Assembly (NCBI RefSeq): GCF_006345805.1
Contig: NC_042998.1
Span: forward strand, 43,586,001-43,650,000
Length of the DNA: 64,000 nt
Source: Octopus sinensis
Lineage: Eukaryota
Direction: 5' to 3'
The notes under the pieces were generated by a model. That model did no database searches and was not told the DNA's origin. It was given only the letters and a program-made list of their open reading frames with translations. A program made the translations under genes and the position numbers. Of this stretch, positions 49,749 to 64,000 are shown piece after piece (the stretch's first letter is position 1; each line of letters begins with the position of its first letter).

Positions 49749-49878
49749 CCGTCTATCAAATTGACTAACAATCCGGGACTATAGTAGAAAACATTTGCCC
49801 TAAGCATCGCATAGTGATATTAAACCCGAAACCACATGGTTGTAAAGTGACCTTCTTGAACACGCACCCATACCTGCA
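49485..49878 (-). mobile_element. SINE family C, diverged, with expanded (CA)n linker
   Basis: TTTCAGTCATTGGACTGCGGC tail and AACCCGAAACCACATGGTTG head in reverse. Confidence 0.7.
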
Positions 49879-50216
49879 TCATAAGTGTCGTTCTTTTATA
49901 TATATACTTCAAAGGGTAGCGTATTGGATTTAAGCCGATGCTCTAAAGATCAAATAGAAATACTGACACACCCCGCATGGAAAATTGAAAAGCAGCATGC
50001 ATGTTGTCTCAAAGTTTAAGAAAGAAATGTAGAAAATATATAGTACACTCTTCCTTATCTTGTTTTATTAATCATACTTCTGTGAAATAAATTCATGAAT
50101 CATACATTCAAGCATTAGTAAGGTTTTTCTAGAACTCTAAGTTCGTTTTAAAAAGTCCGCGACGTACTTAAGATACACGTAGCAGTGAACTACTATTCAG
50201 TGCTTACGGTACACTA

Positions 50217-50380
50217 CTGTTCAAATTCCGCCGAGGTCAACTTTGCCTTTCATCCTTTCGGGGTCGATAAATCAAGTACCAGTCACGTACTGGGGTCGAT
50301 ATAATCGACTTAATCCGTTTGTCTGGCCTTGTTTGTCCTCTCTGTGTTTAGCCCTTTGTGGGTAGTAAATAAATAGGTAT
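50217..50380 (+). mobile_element. SINE family B, 5'-truncated
   Basis: TTCAAATTCCGCCGAGGTCAACTTTGCCTTTCATCCTTTCGGGGTCGATAAA and the GTGGGTAGTAAA tail. Confidence 0.88.
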
Positions 50381-50513
50381 ACTACTTTTCCATGATGCAC
50401 CTTTGAGAATTATTAATTGTAGGGTGTAATTTGGGAGAGGGTACGTTTATCTGGTTGTTATTTCTTGTAAACTGTCTACATTCAGACTCCGATGAGGAAC
50501 TATCTATATGAAA

Positions 50514-50558
<45 letters not shown>

Positions 50559-50935
50559 TATATATATAGATATATATATATATATACCCCACCACTTTTT
50601 TTTTTATCCCCGGAGCAATTTTGGCTACTACTTGAAATGCAAATCGCTTCGTGAATTCGGTTGATTGAAAATTACCGCCACATTAAGAACACGAGCGTCC
50701 AGGTATGAAGTAATACTTGTTTCTTAAGTATGAAAAGTTGTAGAACAAGAGATACAAGATCTTAGCAAGTCGAGGACATGATGCGTTTTCAAATTTCGGT
50801 TCATTAATATTTACTTTATATTGTTATATTTAGGGGTTGGTCATATTTTTGCCAATTAACCACACGCACTGTATACTTAGTCTTCACTCCAGCTTTAATA
50901 TACTTCTTCTTAATTTAGTGTCCTTTGTTCGAAGT

Positions 50936-50968
50936 CTTTCGTCACACATCCTGTGACCTCTTCACCGA
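50936..50968 (-). ncRNA. Hammerhead-like core relic
   Basis: Minus strand CGGTGAAGA-G-GTCACA-GGATG-TGTGAC-GAAAG has a 6-bp stem II followed by GAAA, but the CUGA box is mutated. Confidence 0.3.
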
Positions 50969-51513
50969 CTCTCCATCCTACATGTCCCCTCCTTTTCTGT
51001 TTAGTCCATTATTATATTTTCTTTATTCATGCCCCTAATGCCATTGAGAAAGACATACCTTTGACGGTAATCCGTGTTATATTTTCTTCCTCGAACGATA
51101 TGGTATTTGTGCCGGATTAGAAAATACACACGTTATTACTGTTGTGATGGTGTTAGTGGTTTAGCTCGAGATCAAGCAGAGTAATGATGAAATGCATGCC
51201 AGAAGTGACCACTCCATTTATTTAGGGACATGTAGGTCAATATCATCCAATATGTTTTTCCGTAATTTGAGGGAGATCTGCTAACTATTACTAACAGATC
51301 GAGTGACCACATAGAGGCCCTTAAGCCCCTTTCTAGACTCGAAACCACAAGTCGTTATTCTATTATATATATATTTTGGGAAGTTCTAAACTTTTAGAGA
51401 AAAAGAGTAAACGAGATGTGGTGAAATATATGCCTCTCCCAACGATTACAAGTGCCTGTAAGTATCGTGTAGTGAAATTTCGGCAGCGTCAGTAAGTACA
51501 ACAGATAATGGTG

Positions 51514-51583
<70 letters not shown>

Positions 51584-52911
51584 GAGAGAGAGAGAAAGAA
51601 AGATAGCTTTGAATACTGAACAGTGAGTAATATTGCCGCGAATTGACGAACGCCGCCACCATCACCACCACTATCATCATCATCATCATCATCATCATCT
51701 TCATTATTACCACTGCCTACAATACCTTTATATAAGAACAATATCTCTCCTCCCCACATTCACTGCCACCACCGCCGCCACCACCCAGGCTTCATCGCAA
51801 CAAGCACCTCACCCCCTTGATACGCTGTCACAACCATCTTCAGCAGTATTCGAAATTTACGAGAAGCTAGCAAATTTACGAGAAGCAATGGCAACACTAG
51901 TAGCAGCCGTAATGATATTGTCTGTGGTAGTGATGGCGTTGGGTATACACACGCACACACACACGCACACACACACACACGCACACACACACACATACAC
52001 ACACACACACACACATATATAAATGTATGTATGTATGTAGCTATCTACCTATATACATCTATATATATGTGTGTGTGTGTGTATATGAATATGTATATAT
52101 ATATATGTATACAGATAGATATGTGTATGTATATGTGTATATGTATATATGTATATATATATATATCTATATAAAATATAGATATTATATATATATTTAT
52201 TATATATATATATATATGTATGTATGTATAAAGGGTAGCGTTCTCCATTTTTTTTTCTTTTATGTTTTTTTGTCCTCGTTTTGCTTTTCTTTTTAATTAC
52301 TTTAGTGTTGAGATGCTGCTAGGTAAAAAAAGCGCCTCCCCCACCTCGATTCAACTGCTTCCCCCTCCGTCTTCCCTTCTTTCCTCCTCTTCCTCACACT
52401 CCTCCTCATTCTATTTTTCCTTTTCTTTTCCTTCTTCTTCTTCTTCTTCTTCTTCTTCCCGTTCGTCTTCTTATTTCATACTTGTATCTTCTCCCTCGTA
52501 GTCGTCGTCTTCTTCTTCCTTCTTCAATTCTTCTTCTTATTATTTTCCCATCAACAGCTGCAGCTATTCCTTTACTAAGTAGTTAGTAGTAGTAGTAGTA
52601 CAAGCATTCACCCTGGTGCCGATGATGAAGACTCTCGACTAACCGCAACTCTCTAAGCAAAAGAGTAGCGGAGCACTCATGCATCACTGTACATATCGTG
52701 GACTTCGTTAATATCTTTCTTAAACATATGCTTGTCCGCTTCGGAAAGACAAGTAAGTCCAACATTCTCTCTAGGAATCTACTAAAGTCAATCTATTGTA
52801 TATGTGTGTGTTTCTTTTGTCGTATATATATATTTATATACGTATATACATATTCATAAACATCGTTGATACTACTATTCTTATTGCGCGCGTGTATGTA
52901 TAAATGTATAT

Positions 52912-52964
<53 letters not shown>

Positions 52965-53924
52965 GTACATGTGTAAGTTTGTTTGCCTCTGTGTGTGTGT
53001 GTGTGTTTATTTATTTACCTGTATATGCACGTATGTACTCTGAAGTATTCTCATCTGTCGCTCTTTCTAACTATCTGTCTTTGTGTTCTGTTTAACTTCC
53101 TAACACAGTGCACACACTCACACATATATATATATGTACATACACATGCACACATGTGTGCACGCCAATAACACACACGTTCATCATATCATAACGAAGC
53201 ACATTTGTGTTCTGAAACGAAGCTGACCGGCTTTTCCACTCGATTACCATTCTGAATGATATTCTACCTTCAAATTATTCGCCTTAATGTAGTTAGTTCT
53301 CCCATAACTCCTTACAAAATCCACGTACTTCCCGGATATACACCGCGTGTTGGGTCTTTCTCTCCTGTTTTATAACTATAAAAAAACCCACAGGGTATAA
53401 CGTATATTTCAGTAACATAAACATCGCCGTAAAATGTAACTTTGTAACTTAAGAAACTATATAAACTGGATCTAAATATAATCTTCGACTTTCCTTTCCT
53501 TTTTGATTTGACCTGTTTGTTTATTTTCGTTAGTTTTCATGGAGTGGAGTTTATCTTTCTTCTCGTGCTCAGTAGGGACTGTGTTTTAATCAAAAGAAAC
53601 AATATCAAACACTCAGGTACTTCCAGAAGTCAGTTTTATTAGTAGAATATCAGAATATATGATTTTTGTTCGTACGTGCCAGTTATAAGTAGATATTTAT
53701 TTTATATCAATTTCATTTATTTTATATTAATTTGTTTTTTATTTTAATATATTTTATATTAATTTATTTTATATTAATTTATTTTATATTTATTTTATGA
53801 GCTTTAATAACTGTCGTATTTCACTAGATTCAAACATGTTTCTTGTATATAGATACCGTATTTTTGTATATGATCATACAGGAGCATGCTTGCTCAGATA
53901 TATATATATGTATGTGAGTGCGTG

Positions 53925-54105
<181 letters not shown>

Positions 54106-54267
54106 AGTTTAATGTTCGTATATATAAATATGTCACTAAAGACATGCTGCTACATGCATTGAAATGATACGATTTTAGCACGTGAATGCATGTGATCACA
54201 ATTCTGCTTGCATGTAGTCGCTTCCGTGTCTATGACCGAACCACCAGTACCAAGTGTGAGCGTGATT

Positions 54268-54303
<36 letters not shown>

Positions 54304-54553
54304 GTGATAATAATGTTGATTTCATTTATTTGCCACCGGGGTGAAAGATGAGGTGGAGGTGCTATACAAAATAGACATAAAGTGTGTGTGTGTGTGTGGA
54401 GGGCATGTATACAAGGTATACAATGAAAAAGAAGGGAAATATACATAGTATAACAAAGGTTAACAAAAAAAAGGTGCGGGGGAGGGCTAGTGGTGGATGA
54501 TAATAATAATAATAAAAAGAATAATAATACTCTCTCTACGAAAATGTATGCAT

Positions 54554-54593
<40 letters not shown>

Positions 54594-55503
54594 GTATGTA
54601 TGAATGTATGAACATACAGAAAGAAACAATATTTTCTTATATATACACACATACACACCACACATATATATATATTTATGTATATATTTATGTAGGTGTG
54701 TGCGTGGTTGATTGCACTTTACAAGTCCAATCAAGTCCTTTGCGGTTTCGAATTCATATAATATTAATAGAGGCATACATGTATAATTACAAGACAGGAT
54801 TAAGGCCAACTGACGCCCTAAGTATAAACCACCATGATGCCTCTCCTCCCCTCAGCCACCATCTCCTTTCGACCCTTCCATTATCTAACAGATAAGACAT
54901 TTAAGGTATACTAATGTTAAATTTGAAATAATACGATTAATAACTGAGTTTAGTTTCCACCCCATCCCCAGTCCGATCCCTATAACTATATTGAATATAA
55001 CCTGGTTATTAATTATATTTATTTAACGTTAAATTAAAACTGAGCAATATAAACAAGGTATTTACTCATCCTTGGGGGACAAGAAGAAAAAACAACGTTC
55101 ATTCGTTTAATCTCCCTATATTTTATCATTTTCTAACATTATTTCTATTGTTAGTTAAATAAATAAACCATCATTATTATTATTAAAATGAAGAAGTCAT
55201 TAGTAAATTTTCTCTATGTCTCATGGTACATTCGGCCCCGGAAATAAACTGTGAGGCATGCCTACTTCCTTCAGTCCCCAAAGCACGTGCTTATTATGCT
55301 GAATGGTTTAATCAGGGTCTGTATGTTTATGCACACACCCACAGAAATGTATATAAATGTACCTATCTCTATTTCTCTCTCTTTCTCTGTCTGTCTCACT
55401 CTCGCTCTCTCTCTCTCTCCTCACTATATATGTGTGTGTGTGTGTGTGAGACTCCCTCTTTCTATCTATCTGTCTATCTATCGATATTTCTCTCCGGCTG
55501 TAA

Positions 55504-55542
<39 letters not shown>

Positions 55543-56920
55543 GCATATATCGTCAGTAAGTATACAGATAAAGAAAGATATGACCGGTTTATGGGGTTGC
55601 CCGGGGTTTCCTGTCCATAAAGCGTTTCGCTCTATAGCGTTTCTTCACTCTAAACCCGTTATCCTATATATATGTATATATATATATAATGTGAAACTTG
55701 CGCTGTCATATATATATTTGAGTGTGTGTGTGTGTGTATACATGTATGTGTGCGTGAGTGTGTCTATGTATGTACACATGAGTGAGTGAATGAGTGCATG
55801 TGATATCATGAATGATAATATATAGTACATATACATAGATACCTCCACCTATATATATATATATATATAATTTATCCAGTGGAATCCCCCCTCTCGCGGT
55901 GAATATGATGAATCTATAAGCCTTTGGGTAATGACCATTTAAGTATGATTGCTTAGACTTCACTCCTTATGTATTTTTTCTGAGTTTAGTTATTTTTAAT
56001 GTTATTGAGATGATCGTGATGATGATGATGATGGGAGCGGTGATGTTGTGGTACTATCGATGATGATGATAATGATGGTGACGATGATTAACTCTGACTG
56101 GGTGAAATTATGATCAAAGGCATTCTAGCCGTGGCAGTCCCGCTCAGTATGTCCAAAATGCTCTTTCCGTCCCATGCACTTTAGAATCCACATAAGGAAA
56201 TTAGAAATTAGCAATTATTTCTAGCAGTTCAACAAACTATACATATATCTAAGTTACGTTTCAGTGTATGCTGGTGCGTACGCACATGTGGTGTGTGTAC
56301 GTGAATTTGTGTGAGTGAACGGGTGTGTGTACGCATGTGCGCCCCGACTCTATATTCTTGGATCTGGCTGTAATGTTAAAACATATTCGCTAGCCAGCAT
56401 AGCGCTGCACCTATTGGCACTGTGGCTAAAAAAACAAAACAAAAGGAAGCAAAACAAAAAATAACAAAAAACAGAGGAATTTACATGGCTTCTGTCTTAA
56501 TTAAAGGTAATAGTTTCACTCGTCTTCACTGTCTACATTTCTCTGTAAAACACCATTGCACGTCACTCCCCCCCGCCCGTTTGATTTCATCCCACTGTAC
56601 CCAGACAGTAAACTAACTAATGATGTCTACAACAACTTTGTGTCTATAGTCAACCCTATGCCACATGCCTGCACGAAATACAAACACACGTCGCTTCTCC
56701 GCCTCTACTTTCAATACTTAAATTTCATTCTCGCTTAAAAAAAAAAAAATGATACACAAAACATCAATGTTTATATCACTGCATGTGTGTGTGTGTGTGT
56801 GTGTGTTCTAAGTTTGTATGTATATATATGTATAGATGTATTTTTGTATGTGTGTGTTATATGTTTGGATGTATACTATGTATGTGTGTATGTATATATG
56901 TACGTATTTTTAAATGTATG

Positions 56921-57091
56921 TATTCTTTTACTTGTTTCAGTCATTTGACTGTGGCCATGCTGGAGCACCGCCTTTTTTAGTTGAGCAAATCAACCCCTTA
57001 CATTCTTTGACGTAAACACACCAGCATCGATTATCAAGCGATGTTGGGGGGGGGACAAACACAGACACACAAACATATACATACACACACA

Positions 57092-57140
<49 letters not shown>

Positions 57141-57314
57141 CATATATACGACGGGCTTCTTTCTGTTTCCGCCTACCAAATCTACCCACAAAGCTTTGGT
57201 CGGCCCGAGGCTATAGTGGAAAAACACTTGCCCAAGGTGCCACGCAGTGGGACTGAACCCGGAACCATGTGGTTGGTATGTAATCTACTTTACCACACAG
57301 CCACTCCTACGCCT
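56921..57314 (-). mobile_element. SINE family C, full length
   Basis: TTTTACTTGTTTCAGTCATTTGACTGTGGCCATGCTGGAGCACCGCC ... CACTTGCCCAAGGTGCCACGCAGTGGGACTGAACCCGGAACCATGTGG. Confidence 0.9.
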
Positions 57315-57897
57315 CTGTATGTATTCTATGTATGTATACATGTGTGTGTATGTAGTTTTGTATGCGGTGGACTCTATGGCTGTATGCATTGTCTGTATGT
57401 CTGTATTTTTTGAATGTATCCATTCTACATAGTCTTCATTTTTGCATGTATGTTCTCATGTATGCATGTATGCATCTATGTGTGTATGTCTATGTGTGTG
57501 TGTGTGTGTGTGTGTGTGCATATATGTATATTTCATGCATGTATATGTAACGAAAGTTACATCTACTATATATTTCCGTGCGTGCGTGCATGTGCATGTG
57601 CGTGTGTGTGTGTATATATAAATACTAACATGTGTGTGTGTGTTTGTGTGTGTGTGCCCATGCGCGTGTGTGTACGTGCGTGCGTGTGTATACATAAATG
57701 CTTATGTGTCTGTGCGTGAGAGTAGTGCATGCGTGAGTATGTCTGTGTGTTGGTGTGCGTGTGTTAGTGATGAGAAACTCAAATTTGCGACTCGCAAAGA
57801 CTCAACGTTGAATAGATACTGTTATTCACCTCTATCTAATGGCATTGAGTCTGTCTGTCTATCTGTCTATCTATCTATCTGTCTATCTATCTATCTG

Positions 57898-57952
<55 letters not shown>

Positions 57953-57953
57953 G

Positions 57954-58008
<55 letters not shown>

Positions 58009-58042
58009 CACTATCTATCTATCTCACTATCTATCTATCTCA

Positions 58043-58092
<50 letters not shown>

Positions 58093-58099
58093 CACTATC

Positions 58100-58151
<52 letters not shown>

Positions 58152-58694
58152 GAATTAATATATATATATGTATATATATATATATACTATATATATATAT
58201 ATATATTCTATATATATATAAATATTATTATATATATAATATATTATATATATATAATACATATATGTGGGGGTGTGTACGTATATGATTATGTATGTGT
58301 TTATATCTGCATATATGATGCACATATATATGGTTAAGTATGCATGTATGTATGTATGTATGTATGTATGTATGTATGTATGTATGTATGTGTGTATGTA
58401 TTCCCAACTGATTACTTACGTGTCTACATATTGTTTCTTGCCACGTGTGACAACTGATCAGGCAACAGTGAGACATTTTTGTCGTCATAACACGCGAACA
58501 CGCGCACCCACATAATCATACATGTAGACATACACAACAAATTCAAATGAAACCTATAGGTACCAGTGTGTGTATGTATATATATATATCTTATATATAT
58601 AATATATATTTTATTTGACCTACTATAAATAATGCATTATATATATTTATATACTGTATATACTAGTCAATTCAAAACACACACACACGCACTC

Positions 58695-58752
<58 letters not shown>

Positions 58753-58930
58753 GAGATATATATACATGGATATGTACATACATATACATATAATGAACAC
58801 ATGCACACACAGTTATGTATATAAATATTTGTGTGTATATCTACATGTATTAATATACGTATGCCTTATGTATGCTTATATATATATACTACGTATAGCA
58901 CACACACACACAAACACACTCACATATATA

Positions 58931-58966
<36 letters not shown>

Positions 58967-59647
58967 TGTATGTATGTATGTATGTATGTATGCATGTGTG
59001 TGTTGTTGCGTTTGTGTGTGCATGCTTGCTGCCACTGGCGACTTTCATAAAATAGACATAAAGCATATTCTTGCTTGAAAAATATTTCAGTTCATCTACA
59101 CTACTATCCCATTTGTTTTGTTAGACCTACTACAAAACAGACGGGATTGATATCTGTTATGATATATATATATATATATATTATATATATAAAAAGAAAA
59201 AAAACTGAAATTTTTTGCCACCTAAACTATAAGCCCCTCTAAACTCCGTCACTATCCCTTCTGGTTCAACTTTACTTTTTTCTCATCCGTAAATACCAGT
59301 AAACTAATTTGGATAGAAATTCAATTGGTACTGAGAATTACTTCCGCGCATTGTCATAAAAAAAAAAAATCAATATTAACAGCCACAACCGAAAAGGTTT
59401 ACAGAGTGCTTTTCAACGATTCACTGTAACTTTCTTTGTCTATTTTTCCTTCTTTCATTTTATTCTTTCATCATTCTTTCATTGATTCTTTCTATCTTTC
59501 CGTCGTTTTTTTTTCTCTTTCTCACTTTCTGTCTTTCATTCTGTCATTCTTATATGTTTACTCCTTAACAAAGAACTTTCTCTCTCTCTCTGTCTCTCTA
59601 TCACACTGTCTCTCTCTCTCACTACCTCCCTCCGTCTCCCCTCCCCC

Positions 59648-59692
<45 letters not shown>

Positions 59693-60237
59693 CATATACA
59701 CAAACATATATATTTGTGGTAGAACAATAATGATTTTTTTACTATAGGTATTAGACCACAAACAAAATTCGTTAGCTGCTGAGGGTGTGGCGAAGTTTCA
59801 TTGAATCAACTTGAGTACTGACATGTTACTTATATTATCGATCCTCGGAGTACTGGAAATACACTGTCAATAGTGTCGTTATTTGAACATGCAAGATAAA
59901 GGCACAAGACTAAATGCTAAAACATATTCAGTCTGGCGCTCTACCAGTTTTCTACTTAACTGTCTCCATACTTCCTGTATGTGTGTATACAAAAGCGTGT
60001 ATGTGTAAGTGTATATCTGTATATGTATATATATATATGCACACACACACGCACACATACACACACACACACATACATACATACACACACACACACACAT
60101 ATACACATATGCGTGCGTGTATTTAAGTGTGTGTATTATGATAAAAAGAATTCAATTTCAGTAAACCAATATACTTTATAGCATGTACTGAGTTCTCTTT
60201 TCATCTTTCTTTTCGTACAATGCAATGTTCAAATGCA

Positions 60238-60280
<43 letters not shown>

Positions 60281-60590
60281 GTGTGTGTTTGTGTGTGTGT
60301 GTGTGTGGTGTGTGTGTGTGTGTGTGTGTGTGTACGTGCGCGTGTGTACGCATGTAGTTATACGTGTTTCTAGAAACACATGTCTGTAATTAAGTATAAC
60401 AGACCCAATATACTTCTAATACATAAGAAGGATGATGAGGAGAGTCTATGATACTGATATTTCTAAGCAAGACACGAGTAAAAGGCGAAGTCAAACTCAG
60501 TTGAAATCGAACTCACAACTTGAAGGGAACTATCAAATTCATTTTGCATTTTGTCAGACGCTCTGTCGTCTCCACCGTCTTAAATAATAA

Positions 60591-60805
60591 TGGTTTCAAA
60601 TTTTGGCAGAAGACCAGCAATTTCGTGGGGAGAGTGTAAATCGATTAGATCGATTCCAATGCTCAACTGCTGCTTATTTTATCGACTGCGAAAGGATGAA
60701 AGGCGAAGTCAACACGGCGGAAATTGAACTCAGAACGTATAGACAGACGAAATGCTGCTAAGCGTTTTGTCCAGTGAGTTAACGATTCTGCCAAGTCAAC
60801 GCCTT
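60591..60805 (-). mobile_element. SINE family B
   Basis: GGTTTCAAATTTTGGC tail, GAAAGGATGAAAGGCGAAGTC core and AACGATTCTGCC head in reverse. Confidence 0.85.
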
Positions 60806-60880
60806 AGGGCACTGTATAATAATGAATCCCGAATTCCTCAGATTACACGTTATCCTGAGACATATAATGTGATGCCGGTT

Positions 60881-61365
60881 ACTCTCTTTACTCTTTTACT
60901 TGTTTCAGTCATTTGACTGCGGCCATGCTGGAGCACCGCCTTTTTAGTCGAGCAAATCGACCCCACGAATTAATTCTTTGTAAGCCTAGTACTTATTCTA
61001 TCGGTATGTTTTGCCGAACCACTATGTTACGGGGACGTAAACAAACCAGCATCGGTTGTCAAGCGATTTTGGGGGGACAAACACAGGCACACACACACAC
61101 ACACACACACACCACACACACACACACACACACGCGCGCGCGCACAACACACACGCACGCGCACACACACACATACTCACACACACACACACACATACAT
61201 ATATATACGACGGGCTTCTTTCAGTTTCCGTCTGCCAAATCCACTCACAAGGCTTTAGCCAGCCCGAGGCTATAGTAGAAGACACTTGCCCGCCACGCAG
61301 TGGGACTGAACCTCGAACCATGTGGCTGGTAAGCAATCTACTCACCACACAGCCACTCCTACACC
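60881..61365 (-). mobile_element. SINE family C, full length
   Basis: The tail, linker and head are all present in reverse orientation. Confidence 0.9.
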
Positions 61366-61469
61366 AAGTTTTGAAAAAGGGATGGTCCACGGATGGAATC
61401 TCTTTCTTCCCAGGTTTGCCATAAATGACTAAGAATTCCCAGTTGGTTCCATGAGTTGATATAAAAACT

Positions 61470-61630
61470 AGGTGCAGGCGTGACTGTGTGGGAAGAAGTT
61501 TGTTTCCCAAGCACATGGTTCCGGGTTCAGTCCCACTCCGTCTCACCTGGGACAAGTGTCTTCTACTATAGACTTGGGCCGACCGGAGCCTTGTGAGTGG
61601 ATTTGGTAAACGGAAACTGAAAGAACCCTG

Positions 61631-61677
<47 letters not shown>

Positions 61678-61965
61678 GTAATGAAATATTATTTTATCGT
61701 ACTTTTGGGCTATGACTGCGATTTTTAGCATGTAAGAAATCCACATAGTGTTTTTTCTCCGTGTATATTTCATACATTATTATATATATATTTATTGTGT
61801 GTGTGTGTGTGTGTGCGTGTGTGTGTGTTTGTGTGTGAGTGCCTTCGTGTCTGTATTGTCCCCTAACACCGCTTGACATCAGGTGTTGGTGTTTACGCAC
61901 CGTAACGTTGTAGTTCGGCACAAGATCGATAGAATAAGTACTAGACTTCAAGAGAGAGAGAGAGA

Positions 61966-62025
<60 letters not shown>

Positions 62026-62110
62026 AAGAAAGAAAAGAAGTACCTGGGTTGACTAGAATTCTTCAAGGAAGCACCCTAGTATGACCGCAGTCTAATGACT
62101 GAAACAAGTA
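61470..62110 (+). mobile_element. SINE family C, full length, with enlarged microsatellite linkers
   Basis: GGTGCAGGCGTGACTGTGTGG head, GGGTTCAGTCCC and tail GTATGACCGCAGTCTAATGACTGAAACAAGTA. Confidence 0.85.
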
Positions 62111-62116
62111 TTACCA

Positions 62117-62150
<34 letters not shown>

Positions 62151-62605
62151 TAACAACAACAACAGTAAAAGCATTGAAACAAGTCTTTAAATTAGCTTGA
62201 TTAGTGTTTTGCAAATTCCGTGCTACCCATTCTACCGAACGAAAACAATATTTGCCGTAGGTAAGATTTGAACCTACAAGGCCAGAGTTGTATGCTTTAA
62301 CGATGATGATAATGGCGTGTTAACGTATACACACATGGCGTTCTTGTTTACTTTCGCTCTCCAAGACAAGTTTCATTGTATTACCATCATACACGCAAAG
62401 CACACCCACACACATCACATATACCTACCTACCTACCTACCTACCTACCTACCTACCTACCTACATACATACATACATACCTACCTACCTACATACATAC
62501 ATATATACCTACCTATATACATACATAAATACATACGTACATACATGCATAAATACACACATGCATACATATATATATATAAGTATATATATACACAAAT
62601 ATCTA

Positions 62606-62679
<74 letters not shown>

Positions 62680-62718
62680 AATATCTATATATATATATAT
62701 GAGTATATATATATATGA

Positions 62719-62768
<50 letters not shown>

Positions 62769-62909
62769 TCTCGCATGTATTGATACACATACATATAAAT
62801 ATAGATATATATACACATAATCATATATATATATATATACATATACGCTCTCGCATGTATTCATACACATACATATAAATATAGACATATAATTATATAT
62901 ATAAATGAT

Positions 62910-62947
<38 letters not shown>

Positions 62948-63494
62948 ATATATGTGTGTGTAAATATGTATATACATCCATACAAATGCACATAGACAGG
63001 CATCCAGACACACTCGTTTGTTCATATACACATGGTGTGTTGTTGCATGCAGATATATTAGACAGGAGAACACAGACTAACAATGAAACACAACATGCAA
63101 TAACACAAGCAACATACACAGAAATAATCAAATACACACACATACACATTCACAAATTCGCAACATACGCGCACGCACACGCTTATAAAGTCTGCACATT
63201 TTTGCCCTTAAGACATTCTGTTTTTCCTTTATCATTCACTTCTAACGCGCACACACACACATACACACACACACACATGCAAGCTTGTACACATAATACT
63301 CACTCATCACACAAGCAACACGAACACACCGAGACACTCACACGAACGAGCGCATAGCAAAGCAAGTGTGCTTAAAAATCTATGATAACCTGTTACATCG
63401 TATATCGTACAAAATACACTCAGATACAATAATTTTGGTTGGGTTACAGGTTATTATTATTATTACTACTGTCTCTCTATGTTGTTCGTTATTG

Positions 63495-63526
63495 TTGTCT
63501 GCCTGCCTGCCTGCCTGCCTGCCTGT

Positions 63527-63560
<34 letters not shown>

Positions 63561-63735
63561 TCATGCTTTCCTTACCCCTCTCTCTCTCTCTCTACCTGTC
63601 TGCCTGCGTGTCTGTCCCTCTCTGCCTGTCTCTGTCTGCCTGTCTGCCTGTCTCCATCTGTCTGCCTGCCTGCCTGCCTGCCTGTCTCTCTCTGCCTGTC
63701 TGCCTCTCCTAGTCTGCCTGTCTCTGTCTGCCTCC
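63495..63735. repeat. (CCTG)n/(TCTG)n degenerate microsatellite
   Basis: Direct inspection. Confidence 0.9.
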
Positions 63736-64000
63736 CCAACCCTTTCTCTCACATAAACAGATATGCTCGCACTCATAAAGCGTAGATGTATGTTCACGCG
63801 CGCACGCGCGCGCGCGCGAGCATGCGCATGTATTTATTTACATATACTAAGCACGGTTGATAGTTACAATTCTTCAAACGCGCGTGCGCGCACGCGCCCG
63901 CGCACGCGCCCGCGCACGCACACGAACACACAGACAAATGTATGCGCGCATATACTCATACACACAAGCGCATGTGCACATACACAACTGCACACAGACA

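Noticed and set aside
62765-62890. Roughly 45-bp duplication GCTCTCGCATGTATT.ATACACATACATATAAATATAGA
   Set aside because: It is a local slippage duplication inside a compound microsatellite, with no sign of function.

Overview
AT-rich eukaryotic DNA saturated with microsatellites. The repeat landscape (three very abundant tRNA-head SINE families, R4/Dong, RTE, L1/Tx1 and Penelope-like retroelements, mariner/Tc1 relics) points to a coleoid cephalopod, most likely Octopus; this is an inference. No intact host gene, rRNA, true tRNA or CRISPR array can be supported. Nearly all ORFs in the supplied track are microsatellite translations or decayed transposon frames. The most notable structures are: (i) a near-complete R4/Dong LINE bracketed by two direct copies of a 400-550 bp element, inside (AAT)n-rich microsatellite; (ii) a decayed Penelope-like element with GIY-YIG, plus several hammerhead-ribozyme-like cores and a 594-bp foldback; (iii) a near-perfect 171-bp hairpin whose arms carry a G-quadruplex motif; (iv) three closely spaced inverted SINE pairs that could form dsRNA; (v) a short minus-strand island with strong codon bias that may be a host exon; (vi) a 500-bp unclassified element in (ATGT)n that shares a motif with the leader of a decayed R4/Dong copy. 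All boundaries and alignments were made by eye and are approximate.
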